Origin: Camelus dromedarius
Lineage: Eukaryota
Assembly: GCF_036321535.1 (NCBI RefSeq)
Contig: NC_087436.1
Span: 53,694,001 to 53,758,000, forward strand
Length of the DNA stretch: 64,000 nucleotides
Direction of reading: 5' to 3'
Part shown: positions 50,525 through 63,370 of the stretch, piece by piece
Numbering within the stretch: position 1 is the first letter of the stretch
How the letters are laid out: each line of letters opens with the position of its first letter
Position numbers and translations under genes: made by a program
The notes under the pieces: generated by a model
Databases searched by the model: none
The model's input: only the letters and a program-made list of their open reading frames with translations
Told to the model about the DNA's origin: nothing

Positions 50525-51739
50525 TTTTCTTTCCGGCTTACTTCACTTAGAATGACAATCTCCAGGTCCATCCATGTTGCTGCAAATGGCATTTTATTTT
50601 TTATGGCTGAGTAGTATTCTATTGTGTACACACACACACACACACACACACACGTGTGTGTGTGTGTGTGTGTGTATTTACCACATCTTCTTTATCCAGT
50701 CATCTGTCAATGGACATTTGGATTGTTTCCATGTCTTGGCTATTGTAAATAGTGTTTCTGTGAACATTGGGGTGCATGTGTCTTTTCAAATTCTATTTTT
50801 CTACAGATGTACACTCAGGAATGAGATTGCTGGATCACATTGTAAGTCTATTTTTAATTTTTTAAGGAACCTCCATACTGTCCTTCATAGTGACTGCACC
50901 AATTTACATTCCCACCAACAGTTTAGGAAGGCTCCTTTTTCTCCACAACTTCTCCAGCATTTATAGTTTGTAGACTTTTTAATGATGGCCGTTCTGACGG
51001 GTGTGAGGTGATATCTCATTGTAGTTTTGATTTGCATTTCTCTGACAATAGTGATGCTGAGTGTCTTTTCTTTGCTTGTTGGCCATCTGTATGTCTTCTT
51101 TGGAGAGATGTCTTTTGCCCATTTTTTGATTAGGTTGCTTTTTTTTTTTTTTTTTTTTTAATGTTGAGGTGTATGAGCTGTTTGTATATTTTGGAAATTA
51201 GTCCCTTGTCAGTTGCATCATTTGCAAATATTTTCTCCATTCTGGAAGTTGTCTTTTTGTTTTGTTGATGGTATCCCTAGCTTTGCAAAGGCTTTTGAGT
51301 TTAATTAGATACCATTTGTTTATCTTTGCTTTTATTTCCATTACTCCAGGAGCTGGTTCAAAAAATATGTTGCTGTGATTTATGTCCCAGAGTGCTCTGC
51401 TTATGTTTTCCTCTATGAGTTTTATAATATCTGGTCTTACATTTAAGGCTTTAATCCATTTTGAGTTTATCTTTGTATATGGTGTTAGAGAATGTTCTAG
51501 TTTCAGTCTTTTACAGGTAGCTGTCCAGTTTTCCCAGCACCTCATATTGAAGAGACTGTCTTTTCTCCATTGTATATTCTTGTCTCCTTTGGTAGATTAA
51601 TTGACCATAGTGCATGGATTTATTTCTGGACTTTCTATCCTGTTCCATTGATCTATGTGTCTGTTTTTCTGCCGGTACCATACTGTTTTGATTACTGTAG
51701 CTTTGTAGTATAGTCTGAAGTCAGGGAGCATGATTCCTC
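50525..51739 (-). mobile_element. L1 ORF2 C-terminal fragment, truncated at both ends
   Basis: ORF 51198-51545 ([29 protein letters not shown]) is L1 ORF2; no poly(A) or TSD visible. Confidence 0.93.
50628..50675. repeat. (AC)13(GT)11 palindromic microsatellite inside an L1
   Basis: Read directly; centred on CG at 50653-50654. Confidence 0.95.
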
Positions 51740-51959
51740 TGGGGCTTGAATTCTATCACAGGTCTGTTTTGGATAAGAACCTATAATGACTAGCAGTTAG
51801 ACATTTGTGTGGCAAACGAGTAGAATCTGGGACACCCCAGAGGGTAAGATGTACATCACAGATGGTAGGTTTTTTTGTTTGTTTGGTTGGTTGTTTAAGC
51901 ATTACTTTTTTCTGAGTATTAACTAAACTAATATATAGCTTACAAAAAAAAAAAAAGTC

Positions 51960-53700
51960 AAAGGAAATTTCAGAAAGAAAAGCTGCAAGGTCACCTATAA
52001 TCCCACCATCTAAACAGAACTACTTTAAAAATTGCAGGGAGGCGGGCATTTCTTTCCAGAGGTTTTTCTCTGCTTTTGCACACATGAGCAGACACATGCA
52101 CACTTTAAAAATTGTGATCTGTCTCATAACCTACATCTTGTACTATTTTGTGGCCATCTTTCCATGTGAATAAATATAGACTTACATTGCTATTTAAGGA
52201 TTGATTAGTATTCTGCTTTTGTAGATTTGCTGTTATTTACTTAACCTCTCCCCTATTGATGGTTATTTAAACAGTTTCCAGTTTTCACTCTTACAAGCAA
52301 TACTTGAAGGTCTTTGTGCACTTGTTTGATTATCTTCTTCAGAAAAATTGAAGATAAAATTTGTGTAGCACATTTTAAGACTTTTGATATATTCACCAAA
52401 TTGCCCTTTGGAAGCATTGTCCAAATTATGTTCCCACTAGCAATGCTTGCAAGTGTGTTTCCTCAAACCCTTACCAGCTCTGAATATTCTCCTTCTCTTT
52501 AATCTTTGCCAATTTCACAGACCAGTGTGAGATGTCAAGATTATTAATTTATATTTCCTTGATTGATAGTAAAATTAAATATATTTTATTATGCCTGTTG
52601 GCCATTTTTACTTCCTTTATGAACTGTTATTTTATACTCATGTCCTTTGCCTATTTTTCAACTGGGATGACAGGCTTTTTAAAATTGATTTTTTAAGAGT
52701 GTTTTCTTCTTATAGTTACTGCAGCCTTTAGCCTACTTTAAAGCTTTGAGTTTGCTTTAAAAAGATGGGTGTTTTTCCTGATAAGCAAATTAGTAGTATG
52801 TGTTTATTATTGAAAATTGAAACCTAGAAAATACAGAGAAAGAAAAGTAAAAATGGCCCATTATCCCACCCCATCTTCTTTTTTAAAATGTACAAAGTAA
52901 AAAGTGAATGTTTTCCCCCTCCTCCCCTACATCACAACTCTGTCGACCTTCAGAATGCATCCTTTTAGACAGAATACTTATTTGCATATTAAAGATAAAG
53001 ATAAGATTGTAATTTTCTTTCAACTTTATCACTGGTATCATTATTATGACCATGAAGGAATTTTATGATCATTTCTACTGGTTTTTTTCTGTTATGTTCT
53101 CTGGATTTTCTTAGAAAGCCATTTGCACTCTCAGGGATAGATAAATATCCAACTCTATGTTCTTTGGATAATTTTATGCCTTCATTTTTTAAACTAATTA
53201 ACCCTTTAATTCATCTGGAATTTATTCTGGAATATGGTATGAGGTAGTAATCTAACTTTATATTGGTTAAATGGTTATTCACATCATATATTGAATTACC
53301 CATCCCTTTTGAACTAATTTTAAAAGTCACATTCATTATTTAATTTTTTTTACATGCTTTTGACTTTGCATTTTGGCACCAGTTTTGCACATTTAAAGAT
53401 CTGGCCAGGCAGTTATAATTTATTACTCTTGTTTTTAGAAGTTTTTTCGCTATTCTTACTAGTTCATTTTTCAGATGAACTTTTATTGATAATTATGTTA
53501 ATTGTATATATTAATTTGGGGACAACAGTAATGACCGTCCTTATGCAGGAACTCAGATTTCTCTCCAATAATTAAAATCTTGTATGATTCTCAATAAAGT
53601 GAGTCTGGATGTTTCTTGCTAAATCTTTCCCTGGGAATTTTGTCATTTTTTTTAGGTCTTTTTTTTTTTTCTTTTCTGTCAGATATCTAAGTGATAATTG
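51960..53700 (-). mobile_element. old L1ME-type fragments
   Basis: Degenerate antisense L1 (ccctattgatgg, ttaattcatctggaatttatt...tatggtatgaggtag). Confidence 0.6.
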
Positions 53701-54219
53701 TTGGAAAGAGACGGCAAGTGTTTTGGAGGAGTGACTTCAGGGATGTTAGTCAAAGGAAGTGGAAGGGAGCCAGGGCACTGTCACAAGCGCGTGTAAACAC
53801 ACCTTGCCCTGTGCACATCCTGTTATTGAGGAAAGGTAAATGCAAGCTTACTGGAAAATGAAATTTATGTCCTTCTAATCTGGGCCATAAGCTTCCAAAA
53901 AACCCCAACTTCTTTTCCTGTGTTCTCTAAAGCATAATATAATTTGAAAAAAGGTTTTAGGTCTTCTTCGGGGCCCAAGACTGTATTTTTCAGCAATTTC
54001 TTTTCATGCTGATGAGAAAGAACTTCAGATCCCCGGATGTGGTAGCCCCCCAGGAACCCCCCAGCCCCCACCCCCACCACTGCTGTGTGTAGATTGCCCT
54101 GAAGGTTTGTTTATTTCCTTTGGCCCATCTCATGCCTCATCCCAAACTTTATTGTCTCAAGAGTAATGACATTAGCAAAAGGAGGATTGTGTTTATCTAA
54201 GAAGAGTGGGAAATATGCA

Positions 54220-55245
54220 TCATTTGGGTGAGTTTTGTCTTAGATTAAATTTCAGGATTATATCATTTAAAACTTCTATAGACTAAAGATACCACCAATA
54301 TTTCTGAAAATAAGTCACAAACAGGAGAGCATATTTAAAACTTACATAATTCAAATATAGATTATAAGACCATATATGGTACTCCTACAAATCAGTAGGG
54401 GATAAAAAGTGACCAGTTATAAAAAAGGGCGAAGGATTTGTTAAGGCAATTCACAGAAGAGCATACCTTAAGGGTCAAAAAACATTTGAAAAGATAAAAT
54501 TCTTTACCAACAATCTTGGAAATCAAAACCGTGAGCTACTATTTCACACATCATTTTTATTAAAGAAAAAAAATATGGCAATATCAAGTACTGGGTATTC
54601 TCTGATATTCTGCTGGTGGTGATATAAATCAGTTCTGTAACTTCAGAGAACAATTTGACACTACCTAAAACAATTTAAGATATTCATAACTCCTGATCCA
54701 GCAATTCCATTTTTAAGTATATTGCCAAGAGAAACTTGCAAAGGTGCTCAAGGAGATATGTATAAGGTTGTTTAGTGCAGCATTATTTATAATAATGAAA
54801 ATTGAAACTCATATGTTCATTGAGTATCAAAATTGTGTATATGGGGTTTTTTTCCCCACAGTAGAATACTGAATGGACTACATCTACATTTAGATGTTGA
54901 TGACTAAATGTCAAACACATAATAATGGATAAAAATGTTGCAGAATTAATTCCTACAGTTTGATACCAATCAATATTATATATTGTTTCTGTGTATGTAC
55001 CTCTGTAGTAAAACTAGAAAGATGCAGATAGAAAAGATACACACCAGCTTCAAGATACTGGTTGACTCTATGAAGCAAGGAGCCAGTTGGAATCAGATAG
55101 GAAGAAAAAGAGGCTTCAACTCTCTCTAAAACTTAATTTCTTAGAAAAAAAGATTCAAATATGAAAATTTAGAAACACTTGCTAAATATTGGTAGTGGAA
55201 GCATGGATACTCACCATTATTTTCTGTACTTTCTTATACGTTAAT
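54220..55245 (+). mobile_element. old L1ME-type ORF2 end and 3'UTR
   Basis: ctcctacaaatcagt...aggcaattcacagaaga...gatccagcaattcca motifs. Confidence 0.7.
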
Positions 55246-56378
55246 AGTATTTCTGTGGTGAGAACACGTCCTGGACTTCATCCTGTGTGACAGATAAAAC
55301 ATAGCCTTCCCCTTGCTACTCTACCCTTTATGTATATGACACACACCCAGGATACTTCTCTTCAAGTCTTTGATTTCATCAGTTCAGAAAATATTCTCTA
55401 CCAACTCAGAGGAATTGTAAGGCTCTGAAGGACTGCTCATGCCAGGGGGTCATTAGAAATGATTATGTGAAGATTGATTTTTCATTGTCTGAAAACTGGA
55501 CTTCACTAGAAAAATATGCTAATTTTCTATTAGACTCCAGGAAGAAAAAGCTCATCTTACCTAAAAACTAATAAATTTTCTTTTATTGGGCACTAAGAAC
55601 TGCACAATTCAGATTCCCTTTATGCCTGGGCTTTTAGGAAGCTGGAGCTAATGTAACGATAAGTTGAATTTACCATCTTATTCTTGATCCTGATCCCAGA
55701 TAATTGCTTTCCCATTTCCCCTATATGGTTTTTGATTTTCCTTTCTGATTATTCTGATTTATTTAACTGCTATATTTGCACATGTTTGTAAGTGTTCTTA
55801 GATCCATCTAGAAGGAAATGCATTTTAAAGTAGTAAGCAAGTCAATTGATGGATACCCAAATGGACTGATTTATGAACCATAGATTTAATTTACTCTGAG
55901 AAATACGACTGCCAAATAGACCAGCATATTTTGTCAGCTGCTCAAGGTACTTGCTTACCAGTATGAGAGTCTACAAAGGAAAAAAATTTCTAGCAAGAAG
56001 GTTTCTCAGTGAGTGCAAAGTCAGTCTTTCCCACAATAATTTGTAATATGTGACTGCCAGATTACTTTTCCCCACATACAACCCTAGTCTTATTATATTC
56101 CCACTCAAAAACTTTCAGACATTCTTATAGCCTCCTTGGAATCAAGTAGACATTCCCCACCTGAGCATCTTATATGATACTCACCAAACACTCTAACTTC
56201 TGTGTCTTTTGTTCCTAATGTATACCCTCTGCCTCAGCCAAACTGGAAAACCAGTAGTTTTCTGAGCACCCTCCACTTTCCCATACTTATCCTTCTTGAA
56301 TACTGCTTCAGCCACTGACACACCTCCCCCACCGCAGAATTTTACTCATACCTAAATGTCCATCTCAAGTTGCCTGGT

Positions 56379-56559
56379 TGGGGGAGGTTGTAGCTCAGTG
56401 GTAGAGCATGTGTTTAGCATGCACGAGGTCCTGGGTTCAATTCCCAGGACCTCCATTAAAAAATAAATAAATAAATAAAAATGAACCTAATTACCTCCCC
56501 TTCCCCCCTAAAAAAAGTAAAAAAAAAAAAAAAAAAAAAAGAAAAAAGGTTTTAATCCA
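56379..56559 (+). mobile_element. camelid tRNA-Ala-derived SINE (Vic-1 type) with long A tail
   Basis: SINE head and tail; perfect TSD aagttgcctggt at 56367-56378 and 56560-56571. Confidence 0.93.
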
Positions 56560-56574
56560 AAGTTGCCTGGTGAT

Positions 56575-56762
56575 AATAACAGCACATATTCATGTATTAA
56601 CTCATTTGATCCTGATACAGTTGTGTATATAAGTATTATTAACCCCATTTTACAGATGAGAAAAACTGAGGCACAAAAAGGTCAATACTTTCCCAGAGGC
56701 ACACAACTAACGAGAGATGAAGCAGGGGTTCAAACCCAGCCAGCCTGGCTCTGGACTCCACC
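56575..56762 (-). mobile_element. MIR SINE
   Basis: ccccattttacagatgagaaaaactgaggcaca core. Confidence 0.8.
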
Positions 56763-56774
56763 TTCCCATTGATG

Positions 56775-56990
56775 AGGTTTGGGATATAACATCCCAAAAT
56801 ATGGCACCTTGGCATATTGAATATTTCAAGCTGAGGGAATCTGAGATACTGCTGGTGCAGGAAGGACTTTCTGATTTTCCCCAAAGCATATCATAAGACC
56901 TTCATGTGAATGGTGCCTTTCCTATACCTGGAGGAAAGGACTATCCTTATCTCTGAAGACTGAAAGATTAGACAAATCTGAATGAACATT
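56775..56990 (+). mobile_element. ERV1 LTR 5' fragment (MER34-like)
   Basis: cccaaaatatggcaccttggcatattgaatattt.aagctga...atccttatctctgaagac. Confidence 0.75.
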
Positions 56991-57327
56991 TCAAACCTGG
57001 CTCTTTTTCACTGTCTCTTGCCTCAGGGAATGTTTACCAAGATCTAACGTCCCTGCCTACCCCACTACCCCTGTCTGGCGCTCATCTCCCTTCTCCATCA
57101 GTGCTCCAGTTCTGTATCATCTTCTGGTTTTTCGAAGTTCTACTCCACCCTCTCCTCACTGCCTTTGCACATGTGGTTGCCTCTACCTGGAATAAGCCTT
57201 CCCTCTGACCCCCCACACTTACCACCCAGGGAGCCATTACTCAACCTTCAAACAGGCTCAAATGGGACTTCCTCAGAGAGCTTCCCTGACTGACCCTATA
57301 GGCCTAATCAGCAACTCCTGCCTGCAC

Positions 57328-57570
57328 TCTTAGAGTTCCCTGTACTTTTCCTTCATAATACATAGCACAGTTTGCAGTCATATGTTGTATGTCCCAGTTT
57401 AAAACTGAGGACCCACATGGTCCAGTCCTAGCACAGTCACTTCCTAATAAACATCAACACAAAGCATGTAATTAAAAGCAATTCATTCTTTACTAAAGAT
57501 CAGTCAGAGAATACCAAGGGAGCCAGTTAATAACTCAGTTATACTTAATAACATCTATTTTGCCATTCCT
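57328..57570 (+). repeat. copy 1 of a ~243 bp local direct duplication
   Basis: Colinear with 58521-58880 from tcttagagttccctgta to tgccattcct. Confidence 0.92.
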
Positions 57571-57619
57571 CTCACTTTCAATCATTTTGGATTACTATCC
57601 CAAGATTTGTCTGTCTTGT

Positions 57620-57850
57620 AGCTGGTATGGACTCTGGGGTCACACCACCTGGTTTTGAACCCTGGCTATACTGCTTATTAAATGTGTAAACTTGTACAAG
57701 TTACTTAACTTCTTTATGCCTCCATTTTCATATCTGAAAAATGGGGATAAAGTTAGCACTTCTCCCATTGTTTTGGGGAGCACTATAAGAGAATACTAGT
57801 AAAGCACATTGAACTATTCTTGAAATATAATAAGGTACTCAATGGAAGTT
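57620..57850 (+). mobile_element. MIR SINE
   Basis: ggactctgggg...caagttacttaac...tgcctcc.ttttc..atctg.aaaatgggga. Confidence 0.75.
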
Positions 57851-58520
57851 ATAAAAAGCAATCGCTTAGACATTTTATTTTATCTTTTAATAAATAATTT
57901 CCATCGGCCTCTGTTGTTTCTTTTCTTGGACAAATTGCTCACCCTTACTTCTAAAGTCTAGTCTTTTTTCCTGTCAGTTGGATTTGGCAACAGAACAGCT
58001 CAGGAACCCAGCTGACAGAAAAAGAATTTTTCATGGAGTGAAGCAGGGGAGGGAGTGTGATGGGAGAAGCTTAGAAGAAAAAAGCAGAATTCTCTTTGAT
58101 TGTTGAGTGAAGGAAATTGCTAATATTGTAATTAACAACTTTTTTTCTTTTCCATTTATCACACTTTCCTGATTATTTGATTATTGTATAGCATCCCCAC
58201 TGGGCTAAGCTCTAGGAGAAAAGAACCTGTGTTTATTCAGCTCACCATTGCATGCACAGTTCCTGGAACACAGCAGGTGCTCAAAAGTCTGATGCATGAG
58301 TAAATGAGGGAAGTCATAATGGTTAAATGAAATCACTCTGATGAAGCACTTGGTACAGTGCCTCGCACACAGCGCTGAACACATATTCATTTTTGGTATG
58401 TTCTTCTTTTAACATCCACCTTCTTTATAAGAAATCTTTCCTGTGCCAATTTTACACCTAATCTATTTCCAAAGCTCATCCTCAGGCCCTCTTCTCAGGA
58501 AGCTTTCCCAAAATACCCCT

Positions 58521-58880
58521 TCTTAGAGTTCCCTGTAGTTTTCCTTCATAACACATAGCACAGTTTGCAATCATATATTTTTGTTTGTTTTTTTTTGTTT
58601 TAATGGAGGCACTGGGAATTGAACCCAGGACCTGGTGCATGCTGAGCATAAACTCTACCACTGAGCTATTACCCTCCCCCGCTGCAATCATATGTTGTAT
58701 GTCCCAAATTAAAGCTGGGGGCCCACATGGTCCAGTCCCAGCATAGTCACTCTCTAAGAAACATCAACTCAAAATAAGTAATTAAAAACAATTCATTCTT
58801 TACTAAAATGAGTCAGAGAACACCACGGGATCCAGCTAGTAACTCACAATTATACTTAAAACATCTCTTGTGCCATTCCT
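58521..58880 (+). repeat. copy 2 of the ~243 bp duplication, sitting within an L2 and split by a SINE
   Basis: Colinear with 57328-57570 once the SINE and one TSD are removed. Confidence 0.92.
58577..58682 (-). mobile_element. camelid tRNA-Ala-derived SINE (short-tail form)
   Basis: Reverse complement of the SINE head; TSD tgcaatcatat at 58566-58576 and 58683-58693; absent from copy 1. Confidence 0.92.
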
Positions 58881-59399
58881 GACTAGGAGTTCTACCCAGG
58901 TGCTCCCACAGCCCTCCTTGGTTCTCATTATCTTAGGATTAGCCAGTAACATGTCACTCTCGTCACCAGATTGCAAACACCCCAGGGGTCAGTGACCATG
59001 TCAGATTTGACTTGGAATCTCCATTGCCTGGCACACTGCTTGAAACATAGCAGGTATCCAGCAGATGTGTAATGAGTATTATTACATCACAGTTTCTCTT
59101 AGATATGTTTCAATGTGGTTTCTATTAATTTCTTAACAAAATTTGGGAAATACTACTTTTATTAGTAATATTTGCAGACCAACTCTGAGAACTACATTAC
59201 TTCAGCATATGGCTAATATTCATTTTATGTTAAATCTTTCTAGCTTCAGAATGAAAGATGATATATTCTGGTGACCTTGTTACCAAGTGTGGGAAATCTG
59301 GTCTTCTCTCTGCACTAGCTAAACATTTTAACTTGGCTTTGAGAATTCAAATACATGGGAATATAGAGTTGAAAGGGATTTCCTTCTTGAGTAAGTTGC

Positions 59400-59850
59400 C
59401 TAAACTACCCAGAGCTAATGGCTGTTGAATGCATTTTCAAAGCTCTCCAGCGATGGTAATGACAGAGTTTAATCACCTTTGCAGCTGAGTTCTGCCTTAG
59501 GTCATGGAGAACTCTCTTGTTGCATTCTAATCCAATTTTGTCTGGTTTTCATCTCTATAGAGATGGAGAAAAGCCAGCTAGCATCCTCCTCCAAATAAAC
59601 CATCCTTTTCTCGAAGAAAGTTATTAAATCAGTCCTTGGCCTGCAATTTTCAAGGCGAAGCCAGTTCAGAGTCTTTAACCTTTCCTCAGAGGTCTTCTCC
59701 TCCCTTCTCTTAATGGTTTTTGCTGCTTCTCTTTGGACCTTTTCCAACTCCTCTACAGCTCTCTAGATATTCCGAAACCAAAACTTGATTCAACGCTAAT
59801 AGGGGCCTGACCAATGTTAAATACAGAAAAAAATTATAGGTTCTCAGCTT
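59400..59850 (-). mobile_element. CR1/L3 LINE ORF2 C-terminal fossil
   Basis: LYLTLVRP... then (L)EKVQREAAKTIK...SEERLKTLNWLRLENCRPRTDLITFF matches CR1 LYxALVRP...LERVQRRATKMI...[23 protein letters not shown]. Confidence 0.85.
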
Positions 59851-61009
59851 TTGTGTGTCACACTCTGTCAGTCCGTGTCAGGGCAGGAGAAATTCATTAA
59901 TCCAGACATCACTAAAGCATCATTTGCGATATTCTAAAACAAGGTTGAACAAGGATTTACCACTTTAAAAATATCTTTTTCTTCACAAATAATGTAAAGG
60001 GATGCACAGAAAGATATTTTAAATCCTTACAAAAAATACTATTTCAAAGATTCATTAACTGAAAAAATACCCAATATCACATATTATAAGCTGTTTTTAA
60101 CTTTTTACTAAACCAATTTGTCTAAGAACCCTTTTAAGCATTGGTTTAGTAAACCAGTCTGTATTTCTGTGAGTATCTGAAGATGGTATTACGTTTTCTT
60201 TCCTGTTTTTAAGTTTTAATTTGCTAACGTAAAGTCCGGTAAAATACAATATAAACTTAGGTTGCATTTCATTATTATTATATAGATTCAGAAATATAAA
60301 GAGAAGTAATATATCACCTCCTTCCTACTATAAAATCAACTTAAAAGATGATATTACGTTTTGACATGCAAATACATTTTGTACCTTGGAGTTTTTATTG
60401 ATTCAATTGCCTTCCAAATGTCTTAAAATTAGTGATTTTTCTAAATTAAAAATATAATCTGGTATTTATAAAATTTTTTAAATTACTTATTTTTCTGATT
60501 TTTTCCTCTTTTTTTTCTTTTGGATCCTTATCTGTAGAAGACTGTTCCCAGAATGGATTTTCATGTTCTAGTTCCCTAGTGTCACCTGGAGATAAACGAT
60601 CTAGTGTGGAAAAGTAACTCGCATTTGTTGGCGTCTCTCTGAAGAGATGGTGGGGTTAAGGGTACCCCACATGTGCCTTTCTGCTTCTCTCTAGCACTGC
60701 CCACCCACTTTTTCACTTTTTCAGCTCCCAGGTGGATAAGAAGTGGATTCAGAGACAACCAACCTCTCTTCTATAAGATTTCTAAATTTCCACCTCAATT
60801 TCTTTTGTTCTTCCAGGGATGACTACCCCCCCCAACCCCGCCCAGTATTTCTGTTACCAAATCCCTTCCTATTCTTTTAAAAACACTGTATATAAGTATA
60901 TCATATTGCAAAGGCTTTGTCTGGGTTCATGAAATAATTCCTTTAGATATGTGTTTCCTTAAGTCAGTTACATTCTGCATAGTTTAGATTCTCTTTTAGT
61001 TCCCCTAGA

Positions 61010-61485
61010 GGAGTTTTAGTTCCCCTAAAGGAACCCAAGGAACTGCGTGCAGGTGTTTTGTTTGGGAGGTTATCCCAAGGAGTAGGAGGGAGGGAAAAGG
61101 GAGAGTGGGGCAGGGAAGGAGGGAAGGTCAATGTAAGGTGTGTTACCAAGGTCTAGCTGCAGGCAATACAGATTCAATTTCTGAGATTCAAGGACCTCTG
61201 AGGAACATACGCTTCTCCTGGAATTTTCCCCTGAAGGACAGGAGGCTGGAGTGTATGTCCATTAGTACCCATCCCTTCTTCTTTGAGGGCTGCTGCCAGC
61301 GTTGTTAAGTCCCCAGTACTCGTGGGCTGACAGGCGCACAGGCAGGTGTTCTGTGGCAGGTATTGGGACGGGCCCTGAGGATGCTACAGGTGGGTACCGG
61401 AGCGGGGTCCAAGCCTGCGTGGAACTGTCCATTGCCCCTGCACTTGAATTAGAGGTGGGATGAGGTGATGTGATAGAGGGCACAG
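61010..61485 (-). mobile_element. ERVL solo LTR (LTR16-like)
   Basis: gtgcaggt.gttt.tttgggaggt.atccca...agggaaggagggaag..caat..aagg motif. Confidence 0.65.
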
Positions 61486-62087
61486 GTCCCTTACCTTATC
61501 AGGCATTCCATATCATGAACAGGTGTGAGTCATAGGAACACTAAGAACGAGTGGGGCCACTTGATGGGACTCTGTGCTCATGATGGGCCCCTTAATGAAC
61601 AATTAACTACTGGGAGTTGAAATTTGGGGAATGACTTCTAATCTCTTTAGAATTAAAAAAAAAATCAGCTTTAATATGAATCTACACCAATACGAGGGTA
61701 CTTTCACCAACAATGCCATGGATGTAAACCTGATTTGCCTCCTCCCCCCACGTCAGCATAAGGAGCAAGAATCAGGCAACAACCAAAGATGGTGTTCAGA
61801 GAGACCCCTGGGAGAGAAGGAATGCAAGAGCCAGCTCCACCAAGCGACTCAGGCTGAGACCCAAGGAGCTCGCAGGGGCTCAGCTGGTGTCCTGGATCCC
61901 CTGTGGCTCCGTGCATCTGGGGCACCATTTTTGAGAAGGAACATTTTATTGCAGTCACATGATGAGAATATTTTTCATTAGAAAAAAATGTTAGATTTAT
62001 TTGTATAATTAAATCAACCAGTCAGTGCTGGTGGTTTAGAGGACTGTATGTAAAGAGGGACGGTCAGTGCGTCACTTTATTCTTAGA

Positions 62088-62351
62088 CAGTACTGCTCAA
62101 ACCCTTTTGGCCATGACCCACAATAAGGCCTACACTGTACATGGTGACTCAGTAGACACATACATAAGTATATAACTGAAACAAGCGTTCTGTGAGGTAA
62201 TAATCCTCACCGTGTACTCTGGTATTTTCTATTCTATTCTTTTCTATTCTGTCCTATTCTGTTTGTTCCATTCCATTTTTAAAATGCTAGACCCACTAAA
62301 TTGTTCACATGACCTACGAGCAGGTCACAAACTGCAGTTGGAAAAACACTG
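62088..62351. mobile_element. hAT-Charlie MITE
   Basis: Termini cagtactgctcaaac and gttggaaaaacactg; internal (ttcta)n. Confidence 0.6.
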
Positions 62352-62619
62352 CTCAAGGGCACCGTAGCTTTGCACTCACAGTTCCTCAACTGATTTGCTT
62401 CCTTTCATGTCATAAATCAATGGACATATAATTTGTTGCCTGCTATAACCGTGGAATTGGTTTCCTATCCAGCCTTTCCCCCCCATCAAACCTTTTTCCT
62501 CCAGCCAAGACTGTAATAATGTAGGATATATTGTTTTGTACACATTGGAAACATTTCTAAATCCTTTGGTACTTCATTCTAAAAAGAAACCTGTAAAACT
62601 GTAAAATGTACAAAAGTGG

Positions 62620-63020
62620 GTCCTGGCTCAGGATGCTTTAGGTTGTAAGTAACAGAAATGCTGCCTTAAGCTGTCTTAAATAATGCACCAATAAAATATC
62701 TCATAATCAGGAGGTTCAGCGCTAGGCTTGGTTGACTCAGTGGCTTCTTGGTGTCACCCAGGATGCTGGTTCTTTCTGCCTCTCAGCTCTGCCAGTCTCC
62801 GGGTTGGCCTCATCCTCAGGCTGGTATCAAAAGGGTGCAGAAGTTCTAGGTAGCATATCCAGGCACAGCCAATCCAGAGAGAAAAGAGACTCTCTTCCTG
62901 TGGCTTTTTAATGGAGACACTCCCAACAGATGTCTTGCCATATCCCATTGACCATAACAAGGGTCACATGTCTTTTCCCAAGTCAATAACTGGCAAGAAG
63001 GATATGATTACCCTTAAACA
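62620..63020 (-). mobile_element. old MaLR LTR (MLT1J/K-like)
   Basis: ggttgtaagtaacagaaa...cccattgacca.aac..gggtcacatg. Confidence 0.65.
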
Positions 63021-63059
63021 AATCAATTTACAGAGAAAAAAGACACCTGTACAACTAAG

Positions 63060-63370
63060 TCAAAATCCCTGAAGTTATCTTGGATTCCTGCCCTTTTCTC
63101 ATCTCCATATTTAATTTGTCACCAAATTGTGCTGATTCTTCCTCTGAATGATTCCAGTATCAGGCCACTCCCCACCGGCTCCTTTGCTTTCACCCTGTCC
63201 AAGTCGCCATCATCTCTTGCCTGGATATTGCCATAACCTTCAAACTGGTTTCCTTTCTTCCTCTCTTCACCCCCTCAGGTCTCTTCTCAACACAGAGTAA
63301 CCTTGTAAGTACAGCAAGTCAGGTCATGTCACTTCTCTGGTTAAAGCTCTCTCATTGCTCCTCAGCTCAG
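63060..63370 (+). mobile_element. L2 fragment
   Basis: ccatcatctcttgcctgga..attgc.ataacct.c.aactggt motif. Confidence 0.65.
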
